Below the pieces are notes generated by a model. It had not been told where the DNA came from. It ran no database searches and was given only the letters and a program-made list of their open reading frames with translations. The position numbers and the translations under genes are program-made. A stretch of 64,000 nt of DNA. Source: Synechococcus sp. Lineage in GTDB: Bacteria > Cyanobacteriota > Cyanobacteriia > Thermostichales > PCC-7336. Of the stretch, positions 1 through 10,287 are shown piece by piece (position 1 is the stretch's first letter; each line of letters begins with the position of its first letter). The stretch covers positions 1 through 64,000 of the forward strand of contig JBFRWD010000094.1 in NCBI GenBank assembly GCA_051439425.1. The letters run 5' to 3'.

Positions 1-127
1 CAGGCCCTCCTAACAGCCTTCTGGGGATTGTGGGGGTGCGATCGCGCTCGCACCGAATAGGAGATCGCGATCTCTAGGTTTGGTCGCGAATCTTCTTACG
101 GTAGAGTCAGCCAGTTGGATATCTCCC

Positions 128-253
128 ATGCGCGACCTAATACTACTCGCCCTTGTCATGACCGCTCTTATATTCAGTCAGCGGTTGGTAGAGGGCCCAG
201 AATCACCCTCTAGCCAAGATCGACAGTCCTTGCTGTTTACAACCCTGCGCTAA
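128..253 (+). CDS. possible small protein (41 aa) with hydrophobic N-terminus
   Basis: Translated by hand: MRDLILLALVMTALIFSQRLVEGPESPSSQDRQSLLFTTLR*. The N-terminus is signal-peptide/TM-like. Below the ORF-track cutoff. Confidence 0.35.
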   Translation: MRDLILLALVMTALIFSQRLVEGPESPSSQDRQSLLFTTLR

Positions 254-387
254 ATAATGACAAATTCTCGCCAAATGGTCGTTGGTTTGTCCTAAGACCG
301 CAGGCTGACATGACCAGGGCTGACAAGTGTTACAGTGGCCAGCATTGTTTCGACTGTCATTGCTTCGCCGATGTTGAGAGCATGAAT

Positions 388-490
388 ATCGCAATCCGCT
401 GTAAAGTTTGGAGCCTGGAGACCCCTCAACTCCTTGATTTATCCGAGAAAATGACTACTAGACTCTCCATCGCTGATTGCAGAAAGCCAT
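388..490 (+). repeat. dispersed ~102-bp element with terminal inverted repeats (MITE-like), copy 1
   Basis: atcgcaatccgctgtaaagtttggag...ctccatcgctgattgcagaaagccat aligns end to end with 57811-57912 and with the reverse complement of 62616-62717. Confidence 0.7.
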
Positions 491-540
491 AGCAGTGGAC
501 TGCTTGTCTGGTCGTGATTCAAATCGTCAGATTTGGGCAT

Positions 541-566
541 AAAAAAACTCCTCCAATTGGAGGAGT
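541..566 (-). terminator. rho-independent terminator of psaK
   Basis: Palindrome actcctccaattggaggagt preceded by an A-run (a U-tract on the minus strand), just downstream of psaK. Confidence 0.7.
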
Positions 567-606
567 GAATGACTAACCAGAAACCAACAGAGTCACTTCC
601 AACTTT

Positions 607-912
607 TCAGAGTGCCCCCACCTGCGCAAGACCCAGGATGGTTGCTGCTCCGAGGACGTGCCCAAAGCTAGTAGCACCCAGAAGTTCAGGGGCACTAAGC
701 TCGACAAAACCAAAATTAAAGGACATCCCTTGCTTATCATCGGGAACTGCAAAGGCAGCGCGGGATTCGTATCCGAGATTGCCTAACCAGGAATTAATCA
801 AAGGCACAACCGACTTCCACAAAAAGATGGCAAATAGATTGCACAAGATCATCGTAATGCCAACATTCGTAGTCCATCCTTCGGAGATAGACGAAGCAAC
901 GGCAAAATGCAT
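607..912 (-). CDS. psaK: photosystem I reaction center subunit PsaK
   Basis: Two TM segments, W-TTNVGITMILCNLFAI and PELLGATSFGHVLGAATILGL, which are PsaK signatures. Confidence 0.9.
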   Translation of the reverse strand: MHFAVASSISEGWTTNVGITMILCNLFAIFLWKSVVPLINSWLGNLGYESRAAFAVPDDKQGMSFNFGFVELSAPELLGATSFGHVLGAATILGLAQVGAL

Positions 913-1030
913 TCAAACGCTCCTTCTAAAAGCCAACTCATGCTTATGTGCCTCACAATACGCCACTTGGCAATGAACCTCTAAACCCTGTTGCAACTCT
1001 TAATTTTCAGAGGATTAACGTTACGTGTTG

Positions 1031-2461
1031 CTAATTCTGAATGGGTAGCTGCCAGTCTGGGTAACGGCATTGAATGAAGCGATGCATGACAATTTCGATC
1101 GCAACCGACCGCGCTGCTTTGAACAGGATGCGATCGCCGGTTTGAACGGTAGCCCCCAACCACTCTGCCATCTGTTCCCGTTCCGAAAAGCGATGCACTC
1201 GATCTTGTGACACTTCTTTCGCGAGTGCTGCCATCTCGGCATCTGGGTCGAACAAGCAGATCTGCAGTCCTTGAGATTTTAGAGACTCGGCTACTTGTCC
1301 GACTTTGGCATACAGTCCATCGGCGGCATTCCCCAATTCCCGCATTGGTCCCAGCACAGCCCAGTATTGGCGATTGTCTTCCCTTCCATGTCCTTCGCAC
1401 AACAACTGTAGGGCAGCTATAACGGCCTCCGGCGCGGCATTATAGCTTTCATCCAAGAGTTCGACGCCATCGGGGAGTCGATAGCGCTGATTGCGTCCTT
1501 GGGCTGCTGGCGATAACTCAATCCCTGATTCCAGCACCGAAATATCCAAGTTCAGACTCGCGATCGCTTCTATAACGGCGGCGTAATTCAGTCCCTGATG
1601 GCGACCCTTGAGGGGAATCGGCAATTGGTGTCCTTGCCATACCAATCGAGGAGGCTGAGGATACCATTCCGTTTTTAAGCCAGTATTTCTAAAGCCAGTT
1701 CCCGCAAACCCAAATGTCCTCGTGGAGCCTTGCCAGACCTTGGTTGCCGTCTCTAGCAGTAATTCATCCTCTCCATTGAGGATGGCGGTGCCATGGTCGG
1801 GGTCTAGGTGTTCCAGTAGCTCGCATTTGGCACGGGCGATCGCTGCTTTGGAGCCCAGTCGACCGATATGAGCAGTGCCGATGTTGACAATAATGCCGTG
1901 GGTGGGGACCGCTGTGCGAGTCAACCGCGCAATTTCTCCTGGCCCGCGCATGGCTAACTCCAGAACCACAAAGTTATGGCTAGTGTCTAGCTGCAATAGG
2001 GTAAGCGGTACGCCGATATCGTTGTTGTAATTTTTTTCGGTCTTTAAGACTTTGCCGAAGCGACCGAGGGCTGCTGCCAGCATCTCCTTGGTGCTGGTTT
2101 TGCCTGCAGATCCGGTGATTGCCAGTACGGGAATGTCAAATAGAGAGCGCCACCAACGGGCGATGGCTTGATAGGCCTCCAGCGTATCGTTAACGATTAA
2201 CTGAAGTCCCTCTGCAGAGTTGACTGGGTGAGTTACAACGGCAGCAATTGCTCCCTGCTCCAGTGCCTGCTGCACGTAATCATGACCGTCAAATCGCTCG
2301 CCTTTGAGGGCTATGAAAACACTGCCTGGAGCTAGCTGTCGAGTATCGGTGCAGATGCCGTGAAACGTCTCTGCTTCCATATGTGCTGAGGGGGCAGATA
2401 CGTTGTGTGGGGTGGCGTCGATTTGTTGGATGAGTTCCGCAAGAGGGCCGTTACAGGACAT
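1031..2461 (-). CDS. murF: UDP-N-acetylmuramoyl-tripeptide--D-Ala-D-Ala ligase
   Basis: DTR..GERFDGH, ITGSAGKTSTKE, NNDIGVPLTL and ESYNAAP motifs. Confidence 0.95.
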   Translation of the reverse strand: MSCNGPLAELIQQIDATPHNVSAPSAHMEAETFHGICTDTRQLAPGSVFIALKGERFDGHDYVQQALEQGAIAAVVTHPVNSAEGLQLIVNDTLEAYQAIARWWRSLFDIPVLAITGSAGKTSTKEMLAAALGRFGKVLKTEKNYNNDIGVPLTLLQLDTSHNFVVLELAMRGPGEIARLTRTAVPTHGIIVNIGTAHIGRLGSKAAIARAKCELLEHLDPDHGTAILNGEDELLLETATKVWQGSTRTFGFAGTGFRNTGLKTEWYPQPPRLVWQGHQLPIPLKGRHQGLNYAAVIEAIASLNLDISVLESGIELSPAAQGRNQRYRLPDGVELLDESYNAAPEAVIAALQLLCEGHGREDNRQYWAVLGPMRELGNAADGLYAKVGQVAESLKSQGLQICLFDPDAEMAALAKEVSQDRVHRFSEREQMAEWLGATVQTGDRILFKAARSVAIEIVMHRFIQCRYPDWQLPIQN

Positions 2462-2591
2462 GCTTTCTGGAGAAACCGCTCGACCTTACTATAGGCGCAG
2501 TCATTGGTCAGAAAGCTAAGCCTTTTCTGTAGAGCCAGTGATAATCATAAAAAATGACAACAACCCGAGTGGAGGCAGCTCCAAGGGAAGA

Positions 2592-3167
2592 TCAGTCATC
2601 AATCTCGGCCATTTCAACCACTTGGCCTGAGGGGTCGCGCACCAAGAACACTAGGGGCTTTTCTGAGCGAATGGTGTGGGGTATGGCTTTCTTTTTGAGG
2701 TATTGCTGGATTGCTTTGAGACCGTCGCGATCGAAACTGACGTGACGACGACGATTGGGAGGTGCCCCCGAGTTATCCGAGCCCACAATGACGTGTACCT
2801 GAGCTGTTTCTGTCAGTTGGTACCACAGCCCTGGAGAATCCATTGTTGCCGTTCCCCCTCCAGAACTCGGCGAGTAATTATATCCGCCGCCAAAATCTCC
2901 CTGGTAATACATCGGGTCAAAGCTGCCGGCGGATTGCTCGTAGCCGTAGTAATAGTGCAGAGGCAGTTCTGCTTCAGGGAGCTGAAGGTACTGCTCGTAA
3001 AAGCGTTTAGCATCGTCTAAATCCGGCACCATAAAGGTATAAACCCTTGGTGCACCGCTCAAGAATGTCCACATGGCCCCGCCATATGCAGACAGCAGCA
3101 AAAACATCAGCCCCTTAGTAGACAGTAAAACTCCGAGAGGGATGAGGGGTAGTAAGACGGCAACCAT
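2592..3167 (-). CDS. VOC/glyoxalase family protein with N-terminal membrane segment
   Basis: VPDLDDAKRFY, RHVSF and FLVRDPSGQVVEM (VOC fold motifs). Confidence 0.75.
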   Translation of the reverse strand: MVAVLLPLIPLGVLLSTKGLMFLLLSAYGGAMWTFLSGAPRVYTFMVPDLDDAKRFYEQYLQLPEAELPLHYYYGYEQSAGSFDPMYYQGDFGGGYNYSPSSGGGTATMDSPGLWYQLTETAQVHVIVGSDNSGAPPNRRRHVSFDRDGLKAIQQYLKKKAIPHTIRSEKPLVFLVRDPSGQVVEMAEIDD

Positions 3168-3294
3168 AGACGGAGATAGTAGTCCTGAAACTAGATGATG
3201 GGTTTTGACAGATGTGTATTACCAGTATAGTGAGCGGTCTGACATAAGAGGCAGGTCAACTCTGTTACGGTTACCTGGCTGAGTCTTGCTGGCG

Positions 3295-4611
3295 TTAGTC
3301 ATCTCGATGCCGCTCGTACCAGCGCATTAACATGGCAGCTAAGCGATTCGAATCGTGCCGTACTAATCCTGACTCCTGAGATTCGCTCATTACTTTGGCT
3401 AAGACTGCCCGACAGTTGAGATACGCCATTTGCTCTGGATTTAAGTGCACAAAATCTGATTGCATCTGGTGATAGCGCTCCAATGTGCTTTGCGATGGTG
3501 GGTACTTTTGCACCAGTACGCCATCAAATAGCCGCTCTCCAGCGACTTTGTCGATCGCCGCTACATGATCTCCAACTGAGTAACCTGTGGTTTCCCCCGG
3601 CTCGGTCATGATGTTGCACACGTAAATGTGGGGGGCTTGGTTGCGTGCAATTGCCTCGACAATCTCGGGAACTAATAAGTTCGGGATAACGCTGGTGTAG
3701 AGACTGCCTGGTCCCAGAATAATGAAATCAGCACTAGCGATCGCGTCGATGGCCTCGCGCGTGGCTGGTGGTTGAGGTGGGTTGCACCCCACCCGAACGA
3801 TCTGCCCTTGTGCTTTTGCAATTTTGGATTCCCCTTCCACCCAGCGGCCGTCGGACATTTCTGCCCACAAGGCGACATCTTCCAGTGTCGAAGGCAGTAC
3901 CTGCCCCCGAATGGCCAAGACCTGGGAGGTGGCGGAAATGGCCCGCAGTAAATCTTTGCCAGTTACCTGGGACAGAGCGGTAATGAACAAGTTACCGAAA
4001 CTGTGACCGGATAATCCTTCTCCCACATCAAATCGATATTGAAACAGCTCCGTTAGTAGTTTTTCTTCACTAGCTAAAGCCGTTAAGCAGTTACGAATAT
4101 CTCCAGGAGGCAAAACGCCCACTTCACGCCTTAGTCGCCCAGACGAACCTCCATCATCTGCAACTGTTACCACCGCTGTAATATTGCCACTGTAGGTTTT
4201 CAGTCCGCGTAAGAGGGTCGATAGCCCGGTGCCACCGCCAATTACAACAATTTTTGGACCGCGACTGAGGCGCTTGTTGGTCAGTAGCTTATCGACCAGT
4301 TCTTCTTCGTCTCCTTCAGGGATCAGAACCTCGGTGATAGACCCCACAGTCCGGCGCAATCCCATCACTACCAGGCCAATACCCAGCAGAAGAACAAGAG
4401 GACCGCTGATTTGGCTGGGGATCAGCCGTGTGACTGTGCGTAAAATCGCTTGAATAGCTTGCTGTAATCGAAATACGGGGGATAGATCGACCCAAATAGC
4501 CAAACCCAAAAGGGTTATGACTAAACCGATAGATGCCAGCGATAGCCATCGCTTGACTGAGAGCCCGGGATACAACCATTTAAACGACTGTTTTAATCTG
4601 CGGTTAGGCAC
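3295..4611 (-). CDS. yvcK: YvcK/GlmR family (UPF0052) gluconeogenesis/UDP-GlcNAc-binding protein with N-terminal TM helices
   Basis: [50 protein letters not shown]. Confidence 0.92.
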   Translation of the reverse strand: MPNRRLKQSFKWLYPGLSVKRWLSLASIGLVITLLGLAIWVDLSPVFRLQQAIQAILRTVTRLIPSQISGPLVLLLGIGLVVMGLRRTVGSITEVLIPEGDEEELVDKLLTNKRLSRGPKIVVIGGGTGLSTLLRGLKTYSGNITAVVTVADDGGSSGRLRREVGVLPPGDIRNCLTALASEEKLLTELFQYRFDVGEGLSGHSFGNLFITALSQVTGKDLLRAISATSQVLAIRGQVLPSTLEDVALWAEMSDGRWVEGESKIAKAQGQIVRVGCNPPQPPATREAIDAIASADFIILGPGSLYTSVIPNLLVPEIVEAIARNQAPHIYVCNIMTEPGETTGYSVGDHVAAIDKVAGERLFDGVLVQKYPPSQSTLERYHQMQSDFVHLNPEQMAYLNCRAVLAKVMSESQESGLVRHDSNRLAAMLMRWYERHRDD

Positions 4612-5534
4612 TACCGTTTCCCCGAGTTAAAGTGAGCGTCGCGAGCGGCAATTTCAGCCCGAGATCGATCTAAATGGCGGTGATCTAAGCGGAATTCATA
4701 GCGAACCGCGCTGACTTGCTGGCGTAAGTCGATCGCCAACTGTTCCACGATTGCCACCGAACGATGCTGACCACCCGTGCAGCCGATGGCCACTTGTACC
4801 CAAGGACGGCGCTCGCCGCTGTAGAGCGGTAGAAAATGGTTCAGCGTACTCAGGATTTGCTGGTAGGTGGATTGGGTTGCGGGTTTCTCGAACAGGAACT
4901 CCTGAATGGGAGCATCCTGACCCGTAAGGGGACGCAGCATCGGTATGTAATAGGGGTTGGGCAAACAACGCACATCGAATACAACATTGGCATCGACGGG
5001 TAAACCATACTTGAAGCCAAAGCTTGTCAAGCCTACCACCAGCGCAGGCATATCTTGTCTCAGTACGATTCGCTCCAAACAGTCCTGAAGCTGGGCAGCC
5101 GATAGCGAGCCTGTATTCAACGTATGAGTGCAGTGCAAGCGGGCAGGTGCCAACATCTGGCGTTCTAGCTGTATTGCTGCCAATACCGAACTTGCTCGCT
5201 CTTGCAAGGGGTGACGGCTGCGGTTTGAACTCAACTGCCGAACCAGTACGTCATCGCCAGCCTCCAAAAACAGGAGCGGAATATCGCGATCTCGTAGGCC
5301 TGTCGCTAGCTCCTCGAACTCTGCCAAAAACTCCATCCGACTCAATTCCAAGCCGATAGCGACTTGCGGATAATGCTTGCTCAATTCCGCCAATAGGGTC
5401 AGCCCCAGACTGGGAACAACGGAATCTACACAGAAGTATCCCAGTCTAGCCAGATGGGCAAGCGCTGTTTCTTTTCCGGCTCCCGATAAGCCAGCACAAA
5501 ACACAATTGGCAACGAATTTTCCATACACGACAT
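4611..5534 (-). CDS. rapZ: RNase adapter RapZ/YvcJ family protein
   Basis: [31 protein letters not shown] and [11 protein letters not shown]. The likely start is ATG 5534 or 5525 rather than 5645. Confidence 0.9.
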   Translation of the reverse strand: MSCMENSLPIVFCAGLSGAGKETALAHLARLGYFCVDSVVPSLGLTLLAELSKHYPQVAIGLELSRMEFLAEFEELATGLRDRDIPLLFLEAGDDVLVRQLSSNRSRHPLQERASSVLAAIQLERQMLAPARLHCTHTLNTGSLSAAQLQDCLERIVLRQDMPALVVGLTSFGFKYGLPVDANVVFDVRCLPNPYYIPMLRPLTGQDAPIQEFLFEKPATQSTYQQILSTLNHFLPLYSGERRPWVQVAIGCTGGQHRSVAIVEQLAIDLRQQVSAVRYEFRLDHRHLDRSRAEIAARDAHFNSGKR

Positions 5535-5698
5535 TCTAGAAAGGATCGTGCAAGCTTTTGAGGGATGGCAGTGACGACACCAATTCGGCAAACGGTGGTT
5601 GATATCACTGTTTGGCCATCCAAGCTCTACCCTTCCGTGACTCACTATCTAGGGAGTGCTTACGGATATTGGCTCGGATGGGCAGAGTGCATGGAAGG

Positions 5699-6466
5699 TT
5701 AGTGAACGGAGGGCTGTTGAGCCGATTGCAGATGGATCTCTTGTGCAGGCACCGCAGAGGGAGGCATAGAGTCGGGCTGTCTCTCCCGCCATAACTCTAC
5801 ACCGCCGTAGATGCCAGCTCGGTTGCTGACAATCTCGACATTATCGGGCAATTGAAAGGCCACTTTTTTTGCATTGCCACCACCCAAATAAATTTTGCGG
5901 CAGGAGAACAAATACTGCAGATTTCCGAGGGCGGTTTGCAGTCTGCGGTTCCAGATTCTGTTGCCCTCTTTTTTTCGAGCTGCATTGCCCAGTTGTTGTT
6001 CGTAAGTATCGCCTTTACGAAAGGGATGGTGACCCATTTCTAAGTTAGGCACTAACACCCCATCCACAAATAACGCCGAGCCAAAGCCAGTGCCCAGTGT
6101 CACGACCAATTCGACTCCGACTCCCTCAATCACTCCATACCCCTGGATGTCAGCGTCATTGGCTACGCGCGTTGGGATTGCCAATCGTTGCTCTAGGGTG
6201 GATGCCAGTGGGAAGCCTTGCCAATCAGGGTGCAAATTCACAGCAGATTGTGTAACTCCATCGATGACGATGCCAGGAAATCCGACTGCAATATGTTGAT
6301 AGTTTTCTAAAGGCTGTAGGAGTTCGGTAATGGTATTGATGACGGGTTGGGGCTGAGCGGGGCGTGGGGTTTCCACTCGCAGGCGATCGCTCACCATTTC
6401 TTTTTCAGGAGTCACTAGAGCCCCTTTGATGTGGCTACCGCCAATGTCGATGCATAACACCAGCAT
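5699..6466 (-). CDS. ppgK: ROK family polyphosphate glucokinase
   Basis: IDIGGSHIK, VGFPG, NDAD, TLGTGFGSALF.DG.LVPNLEMGH, GGGNAKK. Confidence 0.8.
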   Translation of the reverse strand: MLVLCIDIGGSHIKGALVTPEKEMVSDRLRVETPRPAQPQPVINTITELLQPLENYQHIAVGFPGIVIDGVTQSAVNLHPDWQGFPLASTLEQRLAIPTRVANDADIQGYGVIEGVGVELVVTLGTGFGSALFVDGVLVPNLEMGHHPFRKGDTYEQQLGNAARKKEGNRIWNRRLQTALGNLQYLFSCRKIYLGGGNAKKVAFQLPDNVEIVSNRAGIYGGVELWRERQPDSMPPSAVPAQEIHLQSAQQPSVH

Positions 6467-6798
6467 GCGTTCACCTCTCTCTATTGCTTGCTAAAGGTCT
6501 GCTGAGCTGGATTGATACGGATAGGCTCGCGATACCTAAGCGGATCAAAAGACACACATGACAAGCCATGTTCGATTAGGCAGTAGCAGATTGTTTCAAA
6601 CCAGGATGAAGCTAGTGTCTTCGACAGACTAAAGATCGGCCCATTTCGTAACAGAAATCTTATGAAACGGTTGAAGACTCAGATTTGTTGGCTGTAGAAA
6701 GGCGAGCCCTGGCTGTGTTGCTAGACTGAACTCACGCAATCTTAGATATCTCAACGTTTTAGGGTGATGACGTGTTGAGGGGAGAACTCCCTGCAGAG

Positions 6799-7125
6799 TT
6801 ATCGCAACTTAACAGCCGTTCCTGTAGCGGAGATCAGTAGCAGTACTCCATGCTCATCAATATTGATGGTTCCTGTATTGGCAGAAATTCCAATCACGGC
6901 ATTGGCTCCCTTGCGCTTTGCCCGTTGCTGCAATTCTTCAAGGGCTTTGGCATGACCTTTTTCAAATAGTCGCTCGTAACTCCCGGTGCGGCCGCCAATC
7001 ACATCGCGCAATCCGGCAAACCAATCACGAATTGCGTTGGAACCATAGACGACTTCGGAGGTTACTACCCCGAGGTATTCCTCTATCTCCACCCCTTGCA
7101 GGACATCTGTGGTCGATAGCAACAT
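6799..7125 (-). CDS. YbjQ/UPF0145 family protein
   Basis: STTDVLQG.EI..YLGVV, RDVIGGRTGSYE, GANAVIG, ATGTAVK. Confidence 0.9.
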   Translation of the reverse strand: MLLSTTDVLQGVEIEEYLGVVTSEVVYGSNAIRDWFAGLRDVIGGRTGSYERLFEKGHAKALEELQQRAKRKGANAVIGISANTGTINIDEHGVLLLISATGTAVKLR

Positions 7126-7380
7126 GATTTCACTCCTTTGGAGACACGCTTATTCTAGTGATGTTGGCAGGGGGCAATGCTGCAGGTAGCTTTCATGTCA
7201 ACAAGATGACGGGCCTGTAACGCTTCATTACCTCATCTCGCCACTCTATTACTGAGGATGGGGAAGGGCTGTACGCCATTGGGAGTAATGTCGCAGTGAA
7301 ATTGGCATGTGCGTGTATGGATTGCGCAAATTTCTTGTTAGACTAGCAAAGCTTCAAAAACAGAAACGAGATCGCGAACG

Positions 7381-7566
7381 ATGGCAGTTCCTAAGAAGAA
7401 AACTTCCAAGCGCAAGACCCGCAGCCGCTTTGCTACTTGGAATCGCAAGGCCGATCTGCAAGCAGAGAAAGCACTTTCCATTGGCAAGTCCCTCCTGTCT
7501 GGCAAGAATACCGGTTTCTACTATCCTGCTGCAGACGATACTGAAGAGGCAGATGGTGAAGAGTAG
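7381..7566 (+). CDS. rpmF: 50S ribosomal protein L32
   Basis: MAVPKKKTSK..R...W.RKA...A.KALSIGKS. Confidence 0.95.
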   Translation: MAVPKKKTSKRKTRSRFATWNRKADLQAEKALSIGKSLLSGKNTGFYYPAADDTEEADGEE

Positions 7567-7894
7567 AGTCTAGATGGCCTACTCGGTAATGGTTCCAATC
7601 CTCAACATTACTCATCGTATTTGTGTCATCAAGCATGCTTGATTGTTGCCAAGCGAAGTAAGTTCCTCGCAGTTGGCAGGAACGATTTCTCAAGAGCTTT
7701 CATTCTTGATTTCGGTTTCGAGAAGATTCTTCTGCAGGTTGCTGGTTTGACTGATAGCTAGAACTTGTGTTTGCGAGTCTGAGAACTTTGTTCGGACGGT
7801 CACTGGCCGTCCGTTCTGTTTGAGGTAACCTGAAGCATCGCTATCTGCTCCTAATGGTGGAGCGTTTTGCCGTTACCTCACCACCATCGCCTGC

Positions 7895-8311
7895 ATGTCC
7901 GAGCCAACCTACTATGATTATCTAGGCGTGGCCCCCTGGGCTTCAGTGAAAGAAATTAGACGTGCTTACCGCGATCTCAGTAAGCGTTACCATCCCGATA
8001 CCTCGACATTAGCGCCCGAGCAGGCCAGACTGCGGTTTCAGAAACTGAACGAAGCCTATTTGATCCTGAGTAACCCCACTCAACGAGCCCAGTACGACGG
8101 TCGCTCGGGGTTCGGAAGCGTTCCAATTGTGCAGCTACATACGGCATCGCAACAGGGGGGGGGAACCGATATTGGTAACTACTCAAATGCGGCTTCTTAC
8201 GACATTACTCGTCGCCCCCTGTCCGATTCGGAATACTTTGCCCTCTTCACAATGGGGGTAACGATTTCGCTCTGTTTGCTTCTGGTGTGCTGGTTGAGCT
8301 TAGCCCATTAA
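7895..8311 (+). CDS. J-domain (DnaJ-like) protein with C-terminal TM helix
   Basis: YYDYLGV, EIRRAYRDLSKRYHPD, LNEAY.ILS.P..R..YD. Confidence 0.9.
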   Translation: MSEPTYYDYLGVAPWASVKEIRRAYRDLSKRYHPDTSTLAPEQARLRFQKLNEAYLILSNPTQRAQYDGRSGFGSVPIVQLHTASQQGGGTDIGNYSNAASYDITRRPLSDSEYFALFTMGVTISLCLLLVCWLSLAH

Positions 8312-8360
8312 CAGTAGGCGCATGATTGAATGTATGTCTTATCAGTTTGAACCGCTACGT

Positions 8361-10109
8361 TTACGCTGTTATCGAAGCTGTGGATATTGAGGGGGAGGAT
8401 TCAGTTGACTGGGTTGCACAACTGAGGTGATAGACGACACGCTCGTTCCAATCGATTGCATCTGAATCAACAGCTGCTTTCAGCATCGGGAAATCATAGT
8501 CCTGCTCGGGCCAATCTTCTTGTAAGTTGGCCAGGGAATCCCTTCCGGCAGAAACCATCCAGGCGATCGCCCCCAATTGAGAGTCGTTGCCTAAGTCAGT
8601 CAACAACGTCAGCAATGTCTGTCGCAATTCGCCCACATGCTCGGAGTAGGTTGCGCCATACCAACGAGCGGCTGGGTCGCAGTCTGGCAAACCAACGTGA
8701 ACCACTAACGTTGCGCCAGCAAACACTGCACTAGCGATGGGACGGCGATCGGCTTGTACAAGTAACGAATGAGGCTTCAGTCTGGTGCGCAAGCTATCTA
8801 GCCATTCCGCGCGTTCTCGTGATGACCACGACTGGGGCATGTTGGACGGAGGATATAGGGCAACTGTCAGGAGCCTTGTTTGCAATAACAGGTGTCCGAG
8901 CTTGGCAGCTTTGGTGGCCAAGTAGCGGGCACTAAAGTCGTCGGCTTCCACAATGAGAGGGACGCGATCGACCACTTCTAGGCCGAACCCTTTCAGGCCA
9001 GCAATTTTACGAGGGTTGTTGGTAATCAAGCGCATGTTGTGAACGCCTAAATCGTTGAGAATTTGAGCGCCCACACCGTAGTTACGCAGGTCGGCAGCAA
9101 ATCCCAGGCGTTCGTTGGCCTCGACAGTATCTAGGCCCATGTCCTGTAACGAATAGGCTTTCAGCTTGTTGATCAAGCCGATGCCGCGCCCCTCTTGGCG
9201 TAGGTAAACCACCACTCCTTGGCCCTGCTTTTCAAGCATCTTAAGGGCGGTGTTGAGCTGGCGGCGACAATCGCAACGAACGGAGCCTAAGGCGTCCCCC
9301 GTGAGGCATTCAGAGTGAACTCGAACTAAAACATCAGAGTTAGGGAAATCAGATGGGTTTCCTTTGACGATCGCCACGTGCTCGGAATTGTTCAGACAGT
9401 CGCGATATCCGTAAATCTGGAATTGGCCGAACTCGGTCGGAAGCTGTGCCACCGATTCCCGTTCCACAAACCGCTCGTTTTGCAGGCGGTAGGAAATCAG
9501 ATCGGCAATGGTAATGATTTTGAGATCGTGTTCGCAGCAATATTCAAAAAGATCTGGCAGGCGCGACATGGAGCCATCGGCATTTTGAACTTCGCAAATC
9601 ACTCCGGCGGGATAGAGACCTGCCAAGCGAGATAAATCGACTCCAGCTTCTGTGTGGCCGGCTCGTTTGAGAACCCCTCCCTCGCGCGAGCGCAGTGGGA
9701 AGATATGCCCAGGTCGTAGGAGGTCATCCGGCTTGGTTTGTGGTTGGATGGCTGCTTGGATGGTGCGGGAGCGATCGCCGGCAGAAATCCCGGTGGAGAC
9801 CCCCAGATGAGGGGCGGCGTCGATGCTGACGGTAAACGCCGTTTGATTGCTGTCGGTGTTTTGCTCCACCATCATGGGAATCTGTAGCCGATCGAGCCGC
9901 TCTCCTTCCATTGCCAGACAAATCAGGCCACGACCGTGCACCGCCATAAAATTAATCACATCGGGGGTGGCGAACTGGGCAGCGCAGACTAAGTCCCCTT
10001 CGTTTTCGCGGTTTTCGTCATCAACGACAACAATGCAGCGACCGGCTTTGAGGTCCTCAAGCGCAGCCTCCACAGAATGGAAGGTTAGTTCTGACGACTG
10101 GGAAGCCAT
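8361..10109 (-). CDS. ribBA: bifunctional DHBP synthase / GTP cyclohydrolase II
   Basis: DDENRENEGD, RPGHIFPL, RAGHTE, RVHSECLTGD, RQEGRGIGL, TNNPRK. Confidence 0.96.
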   Translation of the reverse strand: MASQSSELTFHSVEAALEDLKAGRCIVVVDDENRENEGDLVCAAQFATPDVINFMAVHGRGLICLAMEGERLDRLQIPMMVEQNTDSNQTAFTVSIDAAPHLGVSTGISAGDRSRTIQAAIQPQTKPDDLLRPGHIFPLRSREGGVLKRAGHTEAGVDLSRLAGLYPAGVICEVQNADGSMSRLPDLFEYCCEHDLKIITIADLISYRLQNERFVERESVAQLPTEFGQFQIYGYRDCLNNSEHVAIVKGNPSDFPNSDVLVRVHSECLTGDALGSVRCDCRRQLNTALKMLEKQGQGVVVYLRQEGRGIGLINKLKAYSLQDMGLDTVEANERLGFAADLRNYGVGAQILNDLGVHNMRLITNNPRKIAGLKGFGLEVVDRVPLIVEADDFSARYLATKAAKLGHLLLQTRLLTVALYPPSNMPQSWSSRERAEWLDSLRTRLKPHSLLVQADRRPIASAVFAGATLVVHVGLPDCDPAARWYGATYSEHVGELRQTLLTLLTDLGNDSQLGAIAWMVSAGRDSLANLQEDWPEQDYDFPMLKAAVDSDAIDWNERVVYHLSCATQSTESSPSISTASITA

Positions 10110-10287
10110 ACGTAGTTCTCAAGGTGAAGTCTGTGAGGAAGGGCGACCATATCTAATGTGGCCGATGGAGAAGTCGCGCTGGAGAAGACTGCTCTTCCGT
10201 AGAGAGAGTAGAGAGCTGATGCGAATTCTGAGTTCTTAAATTGTAACAGTGGGCTCTCAGACCTGAGGCATCCCTGTGTGTTCTGGA

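Noticed and set aside
8361..8880. C-terminal extension of RibBA
   Set aside because: Cyanobacterial RibBA proteins commonly carry such an extension.
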